64,000 bases of DNA, taken from the human T2T-CHM13v2.0 reference genome, Homo sapiens. A program made the translations under genes and the position numbers. The notes below the pieces were generated by a model that was not told the DNA's origin, searched no databases, and saw only the letters and a program-made list of their open reading frames with translations. Shown one piece after another: positions 40,560-56,830 of this stretch. Position 1 is the stretch's first letter. The number at the start of each line of letters is the position of its first letter. The stretch lies in NCBI RefSeq assembly GCF_009914755.1, contig NC_060927.1, one strand, 5' to 3'.

Positions 40560-41986
40560 GAAAGGTTCCTTTTATTTCATTTTTGTACTCTAATTGCAGT
40601 GAGACCATCTGATGTACCATCGATGGCTGTGGACATGTGTTTAAGACTCTTGAGAGAATACAGTGCACAAAGGTGATTGTAATGATGACTGTCAGGAGGA
40701 TAATATCAAGATGCCAACATATTCTCTTTAGTTCCTAATGAACCAAACCAGCTAAAATAAAATAAGTCAAAGAATCAACCAGAGAGGGATTCAACTTGTT
40801 TTAGCCATGTGGCCTGTTAACTTATTGTAATTGAGTTTCTGCAATACAAGAGGTATTTATTCAGATATAACAGGATATGTTAGTTATTGCACTGACTTCT
40901 CCTTTTTCAGCCAATAGATGGTCCAATGCAATCTGATTATCTAAAACAACTTAAGTAAGATAATTTAGAGATTTTTCTTGGGCAAACATAGCCTTAGATG
41001 TAGAGTCAGCTATAGTAACTTATGTCAAAGACAAATTTCTGATCATCATGTTATTTGCATTCACCCCAAGCCACAGGGAAAGATACCTAAAAAATGATGC
41101 CCACCTGGTAGGGTTGACATCTGCTGTAAGTTTCTTTTTAATCTATGATGTAGTTTTAGAGGGGTGGATCCGTGTTTAGCTTCTGATTGGTTGTAGTATG
41201 ACAATGATACTATTAAAATACTTAGTGTGCATTGGCCTTTCATTCTCTGTCAAGGCATGGGGTGGCCCAAGCATATGGCTGAGAGTTAAATAACCTCCAC
41301 AGATAAAGATGTACCACAGGGGTGCATATAAGGCTTCTCCTTGGGTAATTTTATTTGTGGAGGTATTAGTTACAATGGAGGCACTGATCATTTCTAACCA
41401 AGAGTCTGATACTGAGTTACCACATACTGGAAGTCTGCAAAAATACATAGGTGTATACAAATTCTTGCAAAAGAGTCTATTAAAGTCCTTTTTTTGTTGT
41501 TGTTTTTTAACCAGGTAGCCTCCATATAATATAGCCAACTAACTTGGACATTGGCCATCCTAGTCCATGGTTGGGTTAGATTAAAACAAGTATAAGAATA
41601 AATGGGTCTGCTGAAGTATTTTATTAATAATAAAAGTTTGTACACCAAACTTATTGGATTTTATATGGAGATAATATAATTTAAAAATAATAAACATTTT
41701 CTTTCTCCTTTTCAAAAAAAAAAAAAAGAATAAATGGGTCTAGAAATTCAGTCACAATGTGAACTAAAGGATCTCTAAAATCATAGGAGGATTTTGGCTT
41801 AGCATGGCAAATCCAGCATTTTATTAAATTTCCTCCAGAAGCTATTGACTGTGATATTCCAATTATGACATAATTTTGCCACCCACAGATAGAAAGGAAG
41901 AACAAGAAATAGGAGAGAAAAAAATAGGGGCTTAATAATAGGGAGAGGAGATTCTTGATCCATGATCTTAGGAAAATAGTCTTCAT
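40560..41986 (-). pseudogene. ERV env remnant, EnvV-like
   Basis: Hydrophobic signal peptide, SIASGGNLIKCWICH (CxxC), YIFICGG, furin site RLKR (41133-41144), ISD VVLDNQIALDHLLAEKGEV, degenerate CX6CC; in-frame stops. Confidence 0.85.
41610..41725 (+). other. Short retroposed polyadenylated insert (5'-truncated retrocopy or orphan 3' transduction)
   Basis: Perfect 16-bp TSD AAGAATAAATGGGTCT (41594-41609, 41726-41741), AATAAA at 41689-41694, poly(A) from 41714; body not Alu/L1-like. Confidence 0.85.
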
Positions 41987-42199
41987 TCAAGGTACCATCT
42001 ACTTCTGGGGAGAGATTTTCATGGTGAGTTTTAGTGAAACATCGTCAGCTGGTGTACATTTCCAAAAGTCTGAGTTAAGTTGAAAAACATGAATTTAAGA
42101 CTTAAGGCCTTGAAGCTTTGTTGCAGTGTGAGTGGTGAGAAGAACATAATATGCTCCCTTCCAGTGAAGCTCAAGGGAAGCCTTCCCTTGGTATCATTT

Positions 42200-45840
<3,641 letters not shown>

Positions 45841-46331
45841 TATCAGTGTTGGTGATTATTCTGGGAGTCAAACCCCAGGGGGCTTCCTGAAGTAGAGAAA
45901 GTCTCGGCAAAAATAAATGGGTGTATCAGATGGCTAGTGTCAGAGTGGACAGTTTCTGTTCCAGTGGCATGGCTGTTTACAGTAAAGACATCTCAATCCA
46001 CAGGTTTCTTAAGTTTGGGACCTCTTGATTTTGATTTACAATGCACACAAAGAAATCCTCTTGGTTCCTGTAGTTGTTGTAACTGTAAAGACATGAGCCT
46101 ATTTGCCTTTTGATTATTCCCTTATTCTAGAATCTTCTCAAAATGTTCGGCTAGGGTACAAAATGTTCAGCTAGGGACACTAATTCAATCATATATATAT
46201 AATTTCCCATCCTGGTTTATGTTTTCTAATTAAGCCACTAAATTCAGGGCAAAGTCCATTTATGAACAGAGCAATTAAGGCTATTTCAATCCTTGTAGAA
46301 AACATCCCTTGTTGTATTTCAAGCCTGAAGA

Positions 46332-46333
<2 letters not shown>

Positions 46334-46369
<36 letters not shown>

Positions 46370-46385
46370 TGTGTGTGTGTGTGTG
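46334..46385. repeat. (TG)n microsatellite at the AluJ tail
   Basis: Directly visible. Confidence 0.9.
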
Positions 46386-46389
46386 AATG

Positions 46390-46695
46390 TGTTTTGTTTG
46401 GTTGGTTGGTTTTGAGACAGGGTCTCACTCTGTCACCCAGCCTGGAGTACAGTGGCTCGATCTCAGTTCACTGCAACCTCTGTCTCCTGGGCTCAAGCAG
46501 TCCTCCTGCCTTAGCCTCCCAAGTAGATAGGACTACAGGTGCATGCCACTAGGCCCAGCTATTTTTTGTAGTTTTTGTAGAGATGGGGTTTCACCAGATT
46601 GCCCAGGATAGTCTTGAACTTTTGGGCTCAAGCAACTCACTGGCTTCGGCCTTCCCAAGTGCTGGGATTACAAGTATGAGCCACCACACCTGGCC
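46390..46695 (-). mobile_element. AluJb-like inserted in the inner ERV gag
   Basis: GAGACAGGGTCTCAC, GGGCTCAAGCAGTCCTCC and TTGCCCAGG are J diagnostics. Confidence 0.88.
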
Positions 46696-46725
46696 CCCTG
46701 GCCCCCTGGCCCCCTGGCCCCCTGG
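46691..46725 (-). repeat. (GGGGGCCA)4 perfect tandem repeat, G-quadruplex motif
   Basis: TGGCCCCC x4 + TGG on the plus strand. Confidence 0.9.
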
Positions 46726-47529
46726 AATGTTAAATAAATATTATTTCTAAACAGACTGTAATCTGAAACCAGTTCAAACTTGTTCATCCTGTTTTTTTTT
46801 TTCTATAAGATTGTATGATGGACCAATCAATCTGGAAAATTCTTAGGAACTGAATATAAAAGATTTTCAGCAATTATTTCCAGCTCCTTTTGGCCCTCCT
46901 CTCAAGGAGATATTCTAGGGGTCTTTAATATTCTTGAGTTTTTCCGATTCCACTTCTACCATCTGTTTGTGAGTTTCACAGGGTCCCAATATCATATGAA
47001 TAAATTGATAAAGATCAGGGATTCCTGGATCATATGCTCCAATAAGGATTCTGACTTTTTCAGTAAATTTCTAGAGGTTTTCCTCTGGGTTAGGGAAGTC
47101 TTTTGCCATGGCTGTAAGCTCAGTTTTAGAACATGGAGTAAAGGTGGTTACAGAAGGCAGGCCTGACTGATCAGAAGATTTCACTTTGTAAGGCATTTGT
47201 TTGACTTCCTTTTGGCCATTATCTTCAGGGTAAAAAGGTAGTTGAGCAAAAGGGTTAGTGGACTCAGAATATATAGGTAAGGACAAAGTGAATGAATAGT
47301 CAGGGTTAATTCAGTCAAGGTACAGTCCTTTTATGTAATGTTTTCAGTTTGTTGCTTAAGCTTTTCATTTGCCTTAGAGAAGGAAGATTTTAGAAAGGCA
47401 ATTTTTGATTCATTTAATCTGGTAGACGTTTCTGCGTACCAATTGAAAAATATATCACATTGCTTTTGAGGAGTTTTGGATCCTTTCTTTTTTAATGTGC
47501 CCCACAAGTGACCAGTTTTACCTAGGTTA

Positions 47530-47836
<307 letters not shown>

Positions 47837-48245
47837 CCAACAATGATGGACTGGATTAGGAAAATGTGGCACATATACACCATGGAATACTATGCAGTCA
47901 TAAAAAATGATGAGTTCATGTCCTTTGTAGGGACATGGATGAAATTAGAAATCATCATTCTCAGTAAACTATCGCAAGAACAAAAAACCAAACACCGTAT
48001 ATTCTCACTCATAGGTGGGAATTGAACAATGAGAACACATGGACACAGGAAGGGGAACATCACACTCTGGGGACTGTTGTGGGGTGGGGTAGGGGGTAGG
48101 GATAGCATTGGGAGATATACCTAATACTAGATGACGGGTTAGTGGGTGCAGTGCACCAGCTTGTCACATGTATGCATATGTAACTAACCTGCACATTGTG
48201 CACATGTACCCTAAAACTTAAAGTATAATAATAATAATAATAAAA
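47837..48245 (+). mobile_element. L1PA2/3-like 3' end (~410 bp)
   Basis: CCAACAATGATGGACTGG...ATCGCAAGAACAAAAAACC...GCATTGGGAGATATACCTAAT...TAACTAACCTGCACATTGTG...AAAGTATAATAAT. Confidence 0.92.
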
Positions 48246-48657
48246 ACCTTCTTATTGTGGCTACTCTGATACTCTAATTCTAAATTATCTTTGATAAGCT
48301 TAATCCATTTTTCTAAAAATATACAAATTATGGGTCTATAATTCTTATACATAATATTTGTTGGAGTCCCAGAAAGTAGAGTATCAGACTCCTTTGATTC
48401 AGAAAAACCTGTTATCAAAAAATACCTTTTCAAGGCCTTTAACTGAATTTCATCCAGTTAATCATTGAATCCAATCTGATTCTGGACCCTGTCCATTCTA
48501 AGAATTGGTCAGATGAAGTCCAGAGAGTTCAAAACACAATCAGTGTAACTCAGTCTACCACTGCCTTCAGTTACAAACAAGAGAGCAGTGAGCACGGTGG
48601 ATTCCCAGGGCACCTCACCTGGTCACTTAGTCTTACTAGGGATCATCAGAGATCTCC

Positions 48658-48679
48658 TTTGAATCTCACTTATACATCA
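48658..48679 (-). promoter_or_regulatory. Degenerate primer-binding site, tRNA-Leu-like
   Basis: Minus strand TGATGTATAAGTGAGATTCAAA vs the tRNA-Leu PBS TGGTGTCAGAAGTGGGATTCGAA, 4 nt after the LTR. Confidence 0.6.
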
Positions 48680-48683
48680 AAAC

Positions 48684-49019
48684 TGATAAAAGAAAAACTT
48701 TAGACAAAATGAATATAATAGAGTTTATTTGAGCAAAGGATAATTCATGAATTATATAGTACTCAGAATAAAAAGATTTTCAGAGTGCTTCACTGCAGCA
48801 GCATGGGCAAGGAGCTTTATGTTGAGGGAAGACAAATAAAATGTGCTTGATTGGCTTAGAGTGGCAAGATCCTAGTCAGAGATTGGATAGCAGTTTCTGA
48901 TTGGTAAAGTTTCTAGTTTCATTTTACTATTTATACTGGGCTCTGGTTTGCTTCCATAGGAACCTAAAGCACCGGGACTGTCTCAGTCTAATGGCCTCTC
49001 TGTTAGGATTTTTTAAATA
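48684..49019 (-). mobile_element. 5' LTR of inner provirus
   Basis: Homologous to 40079-40423 and adjacent to the PBS. Confidence 0.9.
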
Positions 49020-50541
49020 GGATTTCAATTTGTATCAGTCTTATGGAGTTCATTCTAATTGTATATATTAACAATTTCAGTACTGGCTGACTTAGCATGA
49101 AAATCTGCCAAAGCATTTCCTTGGTTTCAATGAATTCTTGTTCTGCTTGACATTTGGTTAGCAGTTTTATAAAATTAGTTTCTTCATTAGGTTCTAGGAA
49201 TTCTTACCCAGTACAATGGTATGATCAGATTTTTAGAAATTTCATACAATTTCGAGAACACATACTACTCACACATCTATACAAATATAACGCAAAGTTT
49301 AGTATCACTTATTAGTTGACAATGCTTTTCGTATAGTTTAATATACCAAGTAAGCCCAACTAGTTAACACCTCTCTTTTTATAAGGAGAGAGACAAATCT
49401 CTTTGAGAAGTTCCAAGGGCTTATTGGGAAAATCCCAAAGTTAATTTGAGATCAAGAAGAGAATTTAAAATTTTATTTGAAGGAGTTTGTCAAAAATATC
49501 AAAGCTTTAAACATTTGATTAAAATAGCATTACAGGTTACTATGAAATAATAGTCATTTATTTAACCAGTGATAATTAAATATTTCAAAGGCAATCACAG
49601 GAAGTTTCATAGTTATAGGATAAACCTTAAGTTTTTAATAGAGACAACACTAAGCACAGGAAATCATCTTGATAAACCCCAGAATCTTTGTTTTCTAGGC
49701 CAATTACTTAAAAGATAAAGAAAAAATTCTCACAATTTCCTATTAAGAGCAGATCAGTACTCCAAAAACTTGTTTTAGCACAGGAGACCAAATTCTAATT
49801 TTGCATCAGTGTCCTTTTTATATTAATGCTCAATTTTTAGAAAACTCATCAATAGTTTCTTTCTACTATTATAGCCAGCTTGATCACACATAAAATTCCT
49901 TTCAAAAGATTACACTTTCAGAAAATTTCTGCAGCCTTCTTATATCCCTTCATACTTTTTTTCTATAATTTTGTTATTTAGTTATTTGTTATTTGTTCTA
50001 TACTTTTTCTCTTTCTCATTTTAGAACAACCAGTGAATCTAATTTAGGACAAAAAAATACTCTTGTTTTCTCTTAACAAAAACACATCTTCCAAACCTCA
50101 TAGCCTCACTTACCAAAAACATATCTCACTTTCCTCACATGTAGAGTTGTTTCCCTTATATTGTTTCTAATTTTAATGACCATACCTGTTGATTAGAATT
50201 TGTAACTCTTAGTAATGTTAATTTATAGTGAAAACCCAGGAAGTAAAGCAATTTTGAATTTTCATATATGAACATTTTATGAATATACATTTTATAATTT
50301 CTAAAAATATGTGCTTCCTCCTAGAACAATTTTTCATGTTTGCTAACAGACTGAAATATATTTAACTTTTCTATATCATAAAAAAACAAGATGCTGAAAA
50401 TTATATACTTAAAACTTGTTCAGCAATTACTGTTTCAGTATTTTAACTTACTTCGAAATGACTCAGACATTTCACAAATATCCATTACTTAATTTAACAT
50501 AATATACTTCAAAATTTCAAATTTCTGAAAAAGATTTTTTA

Positions 50542-50871
<330 letters not shown>

Positions 50872-50947
50872 CTTTGATGCCACATTCACGTAATGTACTT
50901 GTTCTTAACAATTATGCTTACATTGCTCATTAAACAAAGCTAGCCTT

Positions 50948-51245
50948 TGAAGGATTTAGTAAAATATCACCCCAAAATTTATATATTGGTTTACATATTT
51001 TTGGTATATTGATTACTTTCTAGTGCTGAAAGCACTTGAAAACAGCAAAATGCATAGGCTTTCTGAGTGCCCTCCATTTGCCTAAAGAGATCCTACAAAA
51101 GGAACTAAATTGCTATTAATTGTCCAAAGATTAACTTTTATCACAGAAGAGGAGGTTAGAGGTCCACCACAGCCAAACAGACCTTATCACAAACCATCAT
51201 CTATTCTTCTAAGGGCCCATTCATCTTTTCAAAAATCATTTAATC
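50948..51245 (+). mobile_element. MER34-family LTR, 5' part only (3'-truncated)
   Basis: TGAAGGA..AATATCACCCCAAAA..TATTGATTA..ATTTGCCTAAAG..CTATTCTTCTAAGGGCCCATTCATCTTT; no poly(A) signal or terminal CA seen. Confidence 0.7.
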
Positions 51246-51294
51246 TGAGGATATCTTTTTGCTTCACCCCTGACCATCGTATCCATTCTAGCAG

Positions 51295-51497
51295 CAGAGT
51301 TGAGGCAAGGAACAGTCCTGTCCCAGCACATATGCTAACTTGTGTGGTTTAGCTAATTTCCAAGAAGGACATCTCCAAAAGTGAGGGAGGTTCATCAGAT
51401 AATCTCCAAGATCTAATACTCTGTTTTCTTCTCTCTCCCCAGGCATCCTTTTTTTCCCTTTTGCTGTTCTGTGTGTGTGGGATCTACAGCTCTGTTG
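51295..51497 (+). repeat. Host flank copy 2 of the local duplication
   Basis: Homologous to 36782-36996 and ends in the same ...AGCTCTGTTG junction with the LTR. Confidence 0.9.
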
Positions 51498-51969
51498 TGT
51501 TAAAGTAGAAACTTTAGACAAATTAAATCTAACAGTTTAACTGAGCAAGGAACAATCCATGAAGTACATAGCCCTAAGAATCAGAAGAGGTTCAGAAAGC
51601 TCCACTCCACAATGTGGACAGAAAATGGAAGTTAAATACAGAAACAGCTTGATTGGTTGGGATTTGCATTTGTCTCACTTGGCCGTGGCCTGATTGGTTG
51701 GCCACCTGTGATTGACTGAAGCTTGGCTACTGTGATTGGCTGAGACTCAGCTATTTATTTTAAAAGCATACTGCTGTGTAGTGAGCTGAGATCACGCCAC
51801 TGCACTCCAGCCTGGGTGACAGAGTGAGACTCCATTCTCAAAAAAAAAAAAAAAAAAAAAGTATACTGCTGCGTTAGACTTCCAGTTAATTTCTGTACTA
51901 AGTTAGGTTGCAGTTTGTTACGTGTGGGCTCAAATATGGGTGTGTCTTCAGTCCAAATTTAGTTTAACA
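51498..51969 (-). mobile_element. MER57E-like LTR in solo-LTR configuration
   Basis: TGTTAAAG...TTTAACA; GTTG on the left and CTTG on the right (near-TSD); no PBS adjacent. Confidence 0.85.
51780..51860 (+). mobile_element. 5'-truncated Alu inside the LTR
   Basis: AGTGAGCTGAGATCACGCCACTGCAC...poly(A); TSD AAAAG(C/T)ATACTGCTG(T/C)GT; empty site present in the left LTR at ~37223-37240. Confidence 0.92.
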
Positions 51970-52244
51970 CTTGGTAAGGTTTTAAGTAATCCCTTGGTTT
52001 TTAGCCTCATATCGCACCTCAATCATCCACACTCTCTGATTCTACAAGGACCAAATCTTTTTATGTTTTTGTCAGGCAACTTGGCTTTTTTCTGGCCTTT
52101 CCCCCTTCTATGTCCATTCTGAGTTTTGACTTCTACTTCTCTTTAACATTTTCTCTATCTGTTCAAAAGAATTTCCGAAATTGTAATGAGAGCTGCCATT
52201 CAGAGCCTTCAGAGATGATCCTTTCCCTATTCCCTCTTTCTCTC

Positions 52245-52497
52245 TTTTTATTTTTTGAGACAGAGTTTCCCTCTGTCGCCCAGGCTACAACCTCTGCCTC
52301 CTGGGTTCAAGCGATTCTCTCACTTCAGCCTCCCAAGTAGCTGAGGCTACAGGTGTGTGCCACCATGCCCAGCTAATTTTTGTATTTTTAGTAGAGATGG
52401 GGTTTCATCATGTTGGCCAGGCTGGTCTCAAACTCCTGACCTCAAGTGATCTGCCTGCCTTGGCCTCCCAAAGTTCTGGGATTACCTGCATGAGCCA
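52245..52497 (-). mobile_element. AluS with an internal ~30-bp deletion
   Basis: GCCCAGGCT|ACAACCTCTG junction; otherwise a typical antisense Alu. Confidence 0.9.
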
Positions 52498-52822
52498 TTC
52501 TTTTTTTTGTGGTAAGTTTTATTATCATTATTATACCATTCCAATGATTTCAGCACTATTTCTGGACACAAATGAGATAAATACATGCAGGGCTACACTA
52601 TGTTGTAACCTTGGGAAAGTAAGCTGGGGGTGGAGATTGTTGATAAGTCAGAGTGAAAGACAGATAATATAAATAGAATGTTCCAAAGGAGGTGCAGATC
52701 CGGAGGGGCTCATAAATTGCTGGAGGAAGGTCATCAAAAGAGGAAGGGAGAGTTATGATGAACCACCATAGAATAAACATATAGACTTTTTGCACTGTGG
52801 AAGTAGATTTGAGAAGGTAAAG

Positions 52823-52960
52823 TCATTTATTAACTCAACAAATATTTACTGAGTGCCTATTATGTGTAAACTCTACCCTGGCTGCTGATGTTCTGATGAC
52901 CAATAGGTACAACTTCTGTCTTTTGTCTGCTCATGACATTGAAGTAAAGTCAGAGACTAC
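52823..52960 (-). mobile_element. L2 3' end
   Basis: TCAACAAATATTTACTGAGTGCCTATTATGTG. Confidence 0.7.
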
Positions 52961-55804
52961 TCAAACAAAGAAACCCACCAACAAACAGATAGAAGTACAA
53001 CACAGTAAGTGCTGAAGACAAGGCAGCAGAAGTTAGAAACAGCTAATTGACCACATTGAAAGAGAAAATCATGTACCACATATTCTGGTTAATATATTGT
53101 AGAGTGGATATCAACTATTTTTAAACGAATCAGGGGGTTGAAAAATACTCATTGGAATATGGTTTCTATGATACATCCAATCTAAGATTAATATGAGATA
53201 CATAATTCCAAGAATCATGTTTTGGGTATCCCATTATTAGAAATATGAGATGCAGAGCTTTAGAAAAGAGTTAGTTATGGTTAGGATTTATTCCATGGGA
53301 AAGACAGTAAACAAGAGGCATGAAGTATAATTATGCACCAACTGTAACAGCTTAAGGCATGGCCAGTGCTCTGTGTTGGGATGAACTTTAATGTAAAGGT
53401 ACCTTATAGGGGTTGGGGGCCCAGGTGCTCTTTGATTTAGAGGAACACATATTTCTCAAAGGGTAGACTCTCCTGAAATATTCACAAATAGATCATAACT
53501 GCTTATATCTAGGCTTTGAAATAATGGGGTTTTGCCTATCTGTAGACAGGATGTTCTGGGAGGAAGATAGCAGCATTAACCTCAGGATTTCTCTACCTCT
53601 TACCATACCATTATTAACATACGCAATCTCCTTTATCCTGTAATTGGAAAGAGACCACAGAGCACCATAACCATGTCTCCCATCCTCTTCAAATTCTTTC
53701 CAGTGGTCAGGAGGATGAAGCCATGAAATAGAAAACATTTACTTCCAGGCACTGCCTTTATTCAATTTTAATAAGAAATTGTTACCAGGCACGCCATGCT
53801 GGTATTAATTTCAAATTAAAACTTAGACTATGTATGACCTCTTTAAACAGCTATTTTCCAATTCGTTTATTTTGGCTGTAATTATGACTGATTGCTCAAT
53901 TCTTACTGGAATAGCTATGTGTAGTTTCATTTTAGTTGAAGCTTTTACAGTAATAACTGGGGAATATTTTCTACATAAATGTATAAGATACCTGTTTTTT
54001 ACCTTATAGTTAAAAGATGACAGACTTGAACATCTGATGTACTTCTCCTTACTGCATTGTAAAATTAATTTGTCTTTTCATGTGGCTACATCTAGGCAGT
54101 TTCAACAATTTGAACTTTGTTTTATATAAGAAATAAAGGAAAATAATCAGCCATGAAGTAGTTAATTTATTGATATTTTATGTATGTGTGTGTGTCTATA
54201 CATACACAGTCACATATATAAACATGCTCAGAAGTCAGAATAAAAGTATTCCTTGATAAGACATTAAAATACAAAGCCATATCGAGGTGTGCATCACATC
54301 CCCATTTAAAAAAATCAGACCCCTGCATTTTCTTTTGCACATTGATACTAGAAAAAGAACTTCATTGATTGTTTTTATTATGTTAAAAGTCTCAGCCTTT
54401 CTTCTTGACACTGTATTCTATTTAAGCCCATCCTTTGTCATCCCAAAGAAATCCATTTTAAATATTGTTTTGGAAGCTAGATTTCTGATGCATTCTACTT
54501 CTACTAGACCTTATTTTTGTGTGTGTGATGTACTGCACAAAATTGTCTATTGATATGAAGCAGGCGTTGGAACGATTTTTCAGCTTTGATCACTAGAATG
54601 AATCGATTTTTAACAAACCCTCGGTGTGGCAGCAGTTGCTGATGTTGTGTGTCTAACAACTTCATTGAAGGGCTGCATTTGATTTGCTATTGCTAAGTGC
54701 TGTCTTTCAATGAGCTTGTCTGTGAAGACTTCCTCAACTAACTGAAGGTCGTTTATCAGGTTAGAAAATGCTGTTAAATGTTATTTACTGATTAAAATAT
54801 AATTATAGGCAGTCTCCATTACACAGAATCATCAATTTGCCATTAGTGCTACTTGGTGTAAGCTTTAAAAATGCTAATGAAACTGAAAACTAGCTTTCCA
54901 GCTGAACATGCTGATTACACTAAAAAGGTATTTGTTCACTTTGAATGTGCAAGGTTAGTGACAAAATCCACTGTGGTGTTACTTTTTTCTTAGTGCTTAC
55001 TATTTTTTGTGTTCAGCCAGTAGACTAGATTATAAGGCATTGTTGTCTTCACAGAAGAACCATGCAATCAAAAGTCTCCAAAACTGTGAGCATTCTAACA
55101 ACTGGAAACATGAAATTATAACACCACTGACTATTTATGTCCCATATGTGAGCTACACCATGGGGCAATATGCTAAGGTAAAGAAATAATTGTTGTCACT
55201 GGATTCCCGAAAATAGCAATATAATTGCTTGATCTGCAATGAGATTGTCAGTCCTTCCTCTTTTAATCCTTATTTGATTTCTACAGCCACTTAACAAGCC
55301 AAACTGTGTAAAATGTCAATAAAGACAAAGTCTTTATTTTTTTAAGAATTCTCATTAATATTACTGAAAGCTTATTCATCAAACTATTTTACTCCATTAT
55401 CATAATCTGTTAGGAAGTAGGAAGTAATGCATTAGGAGACTTATGTGTATAAGTAGTGTGAGTGTATATATGTAATATTAACTCTTTGAAGCATGGAGTT
55501 TGTTTTTCTAAAACAAAGTTTTTAGCCTAGTTTTTAGGTATCTTAGCATTGTCCTTTTCTTGTTGGATTCCACTAAGAATTTAATGTCCTTTAAATATAT
55601 TGACAGCATGACCCAAGAATATTCATGATTTCCTCTTCCCTTTTAAAATATAAACTTTAACTTTTTTCACTAATCTAGAGATTTTCATTTTGACCCAAGA
55701 CTGACAATTTTAAGAGGATTTTTGACAGCTGTGACTGTCAAGAACAGAACAGGATAAATGATTAAACTGGGTAAATCCAAAAAACCAACTGCCCATAGCA
55801 AAAA

Positions 55805-55809
55805 ATATA

Positions 55810-55857
<48 letters not shown>

Positions 55858-55862
55858 TATAT
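55805..55862. repeat. Perfect 58-bp palindromic microsatellite (AT)3(GT)5(AT)13(AC)5(AT)3
   Basis: Self-complementary by inspection. Confidence 0.9.
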
Positions 55863-56153
55863 ATTTATTTCTGGTTTTTAGAAATAAATATGTCAAACGA
55901 ATATAATTGTATTTGTCCTGAGCCCCCTTTCCTGAGAGGATTGAGTTCTAACTGCTTATCAGCCATTGTTCACTGCCATGCAAGGATTTAGAAGAGAGAG
56001 GAAACAAACATTCTATAGTTTCATAGGCATTGATCCGTATAAAAATTTACTCTCCCATTAAAATAGTTTAAATTACTAAAAAGAAACTAAGATCATAGTG
56101 AACTTTGAGTTTTATTTTACAGTCAAATTATGAATGGGAATCAGATAATGGCA

Positions 56154-56830
<677 letters not shown>

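Noticed and set aside
41681-41986. Functional secreted Env fragment ORF
   Set aside because: The ORF is cut after ~85 aa by the retroposed insert and downstream env has multiple stops; no evidence of selection.
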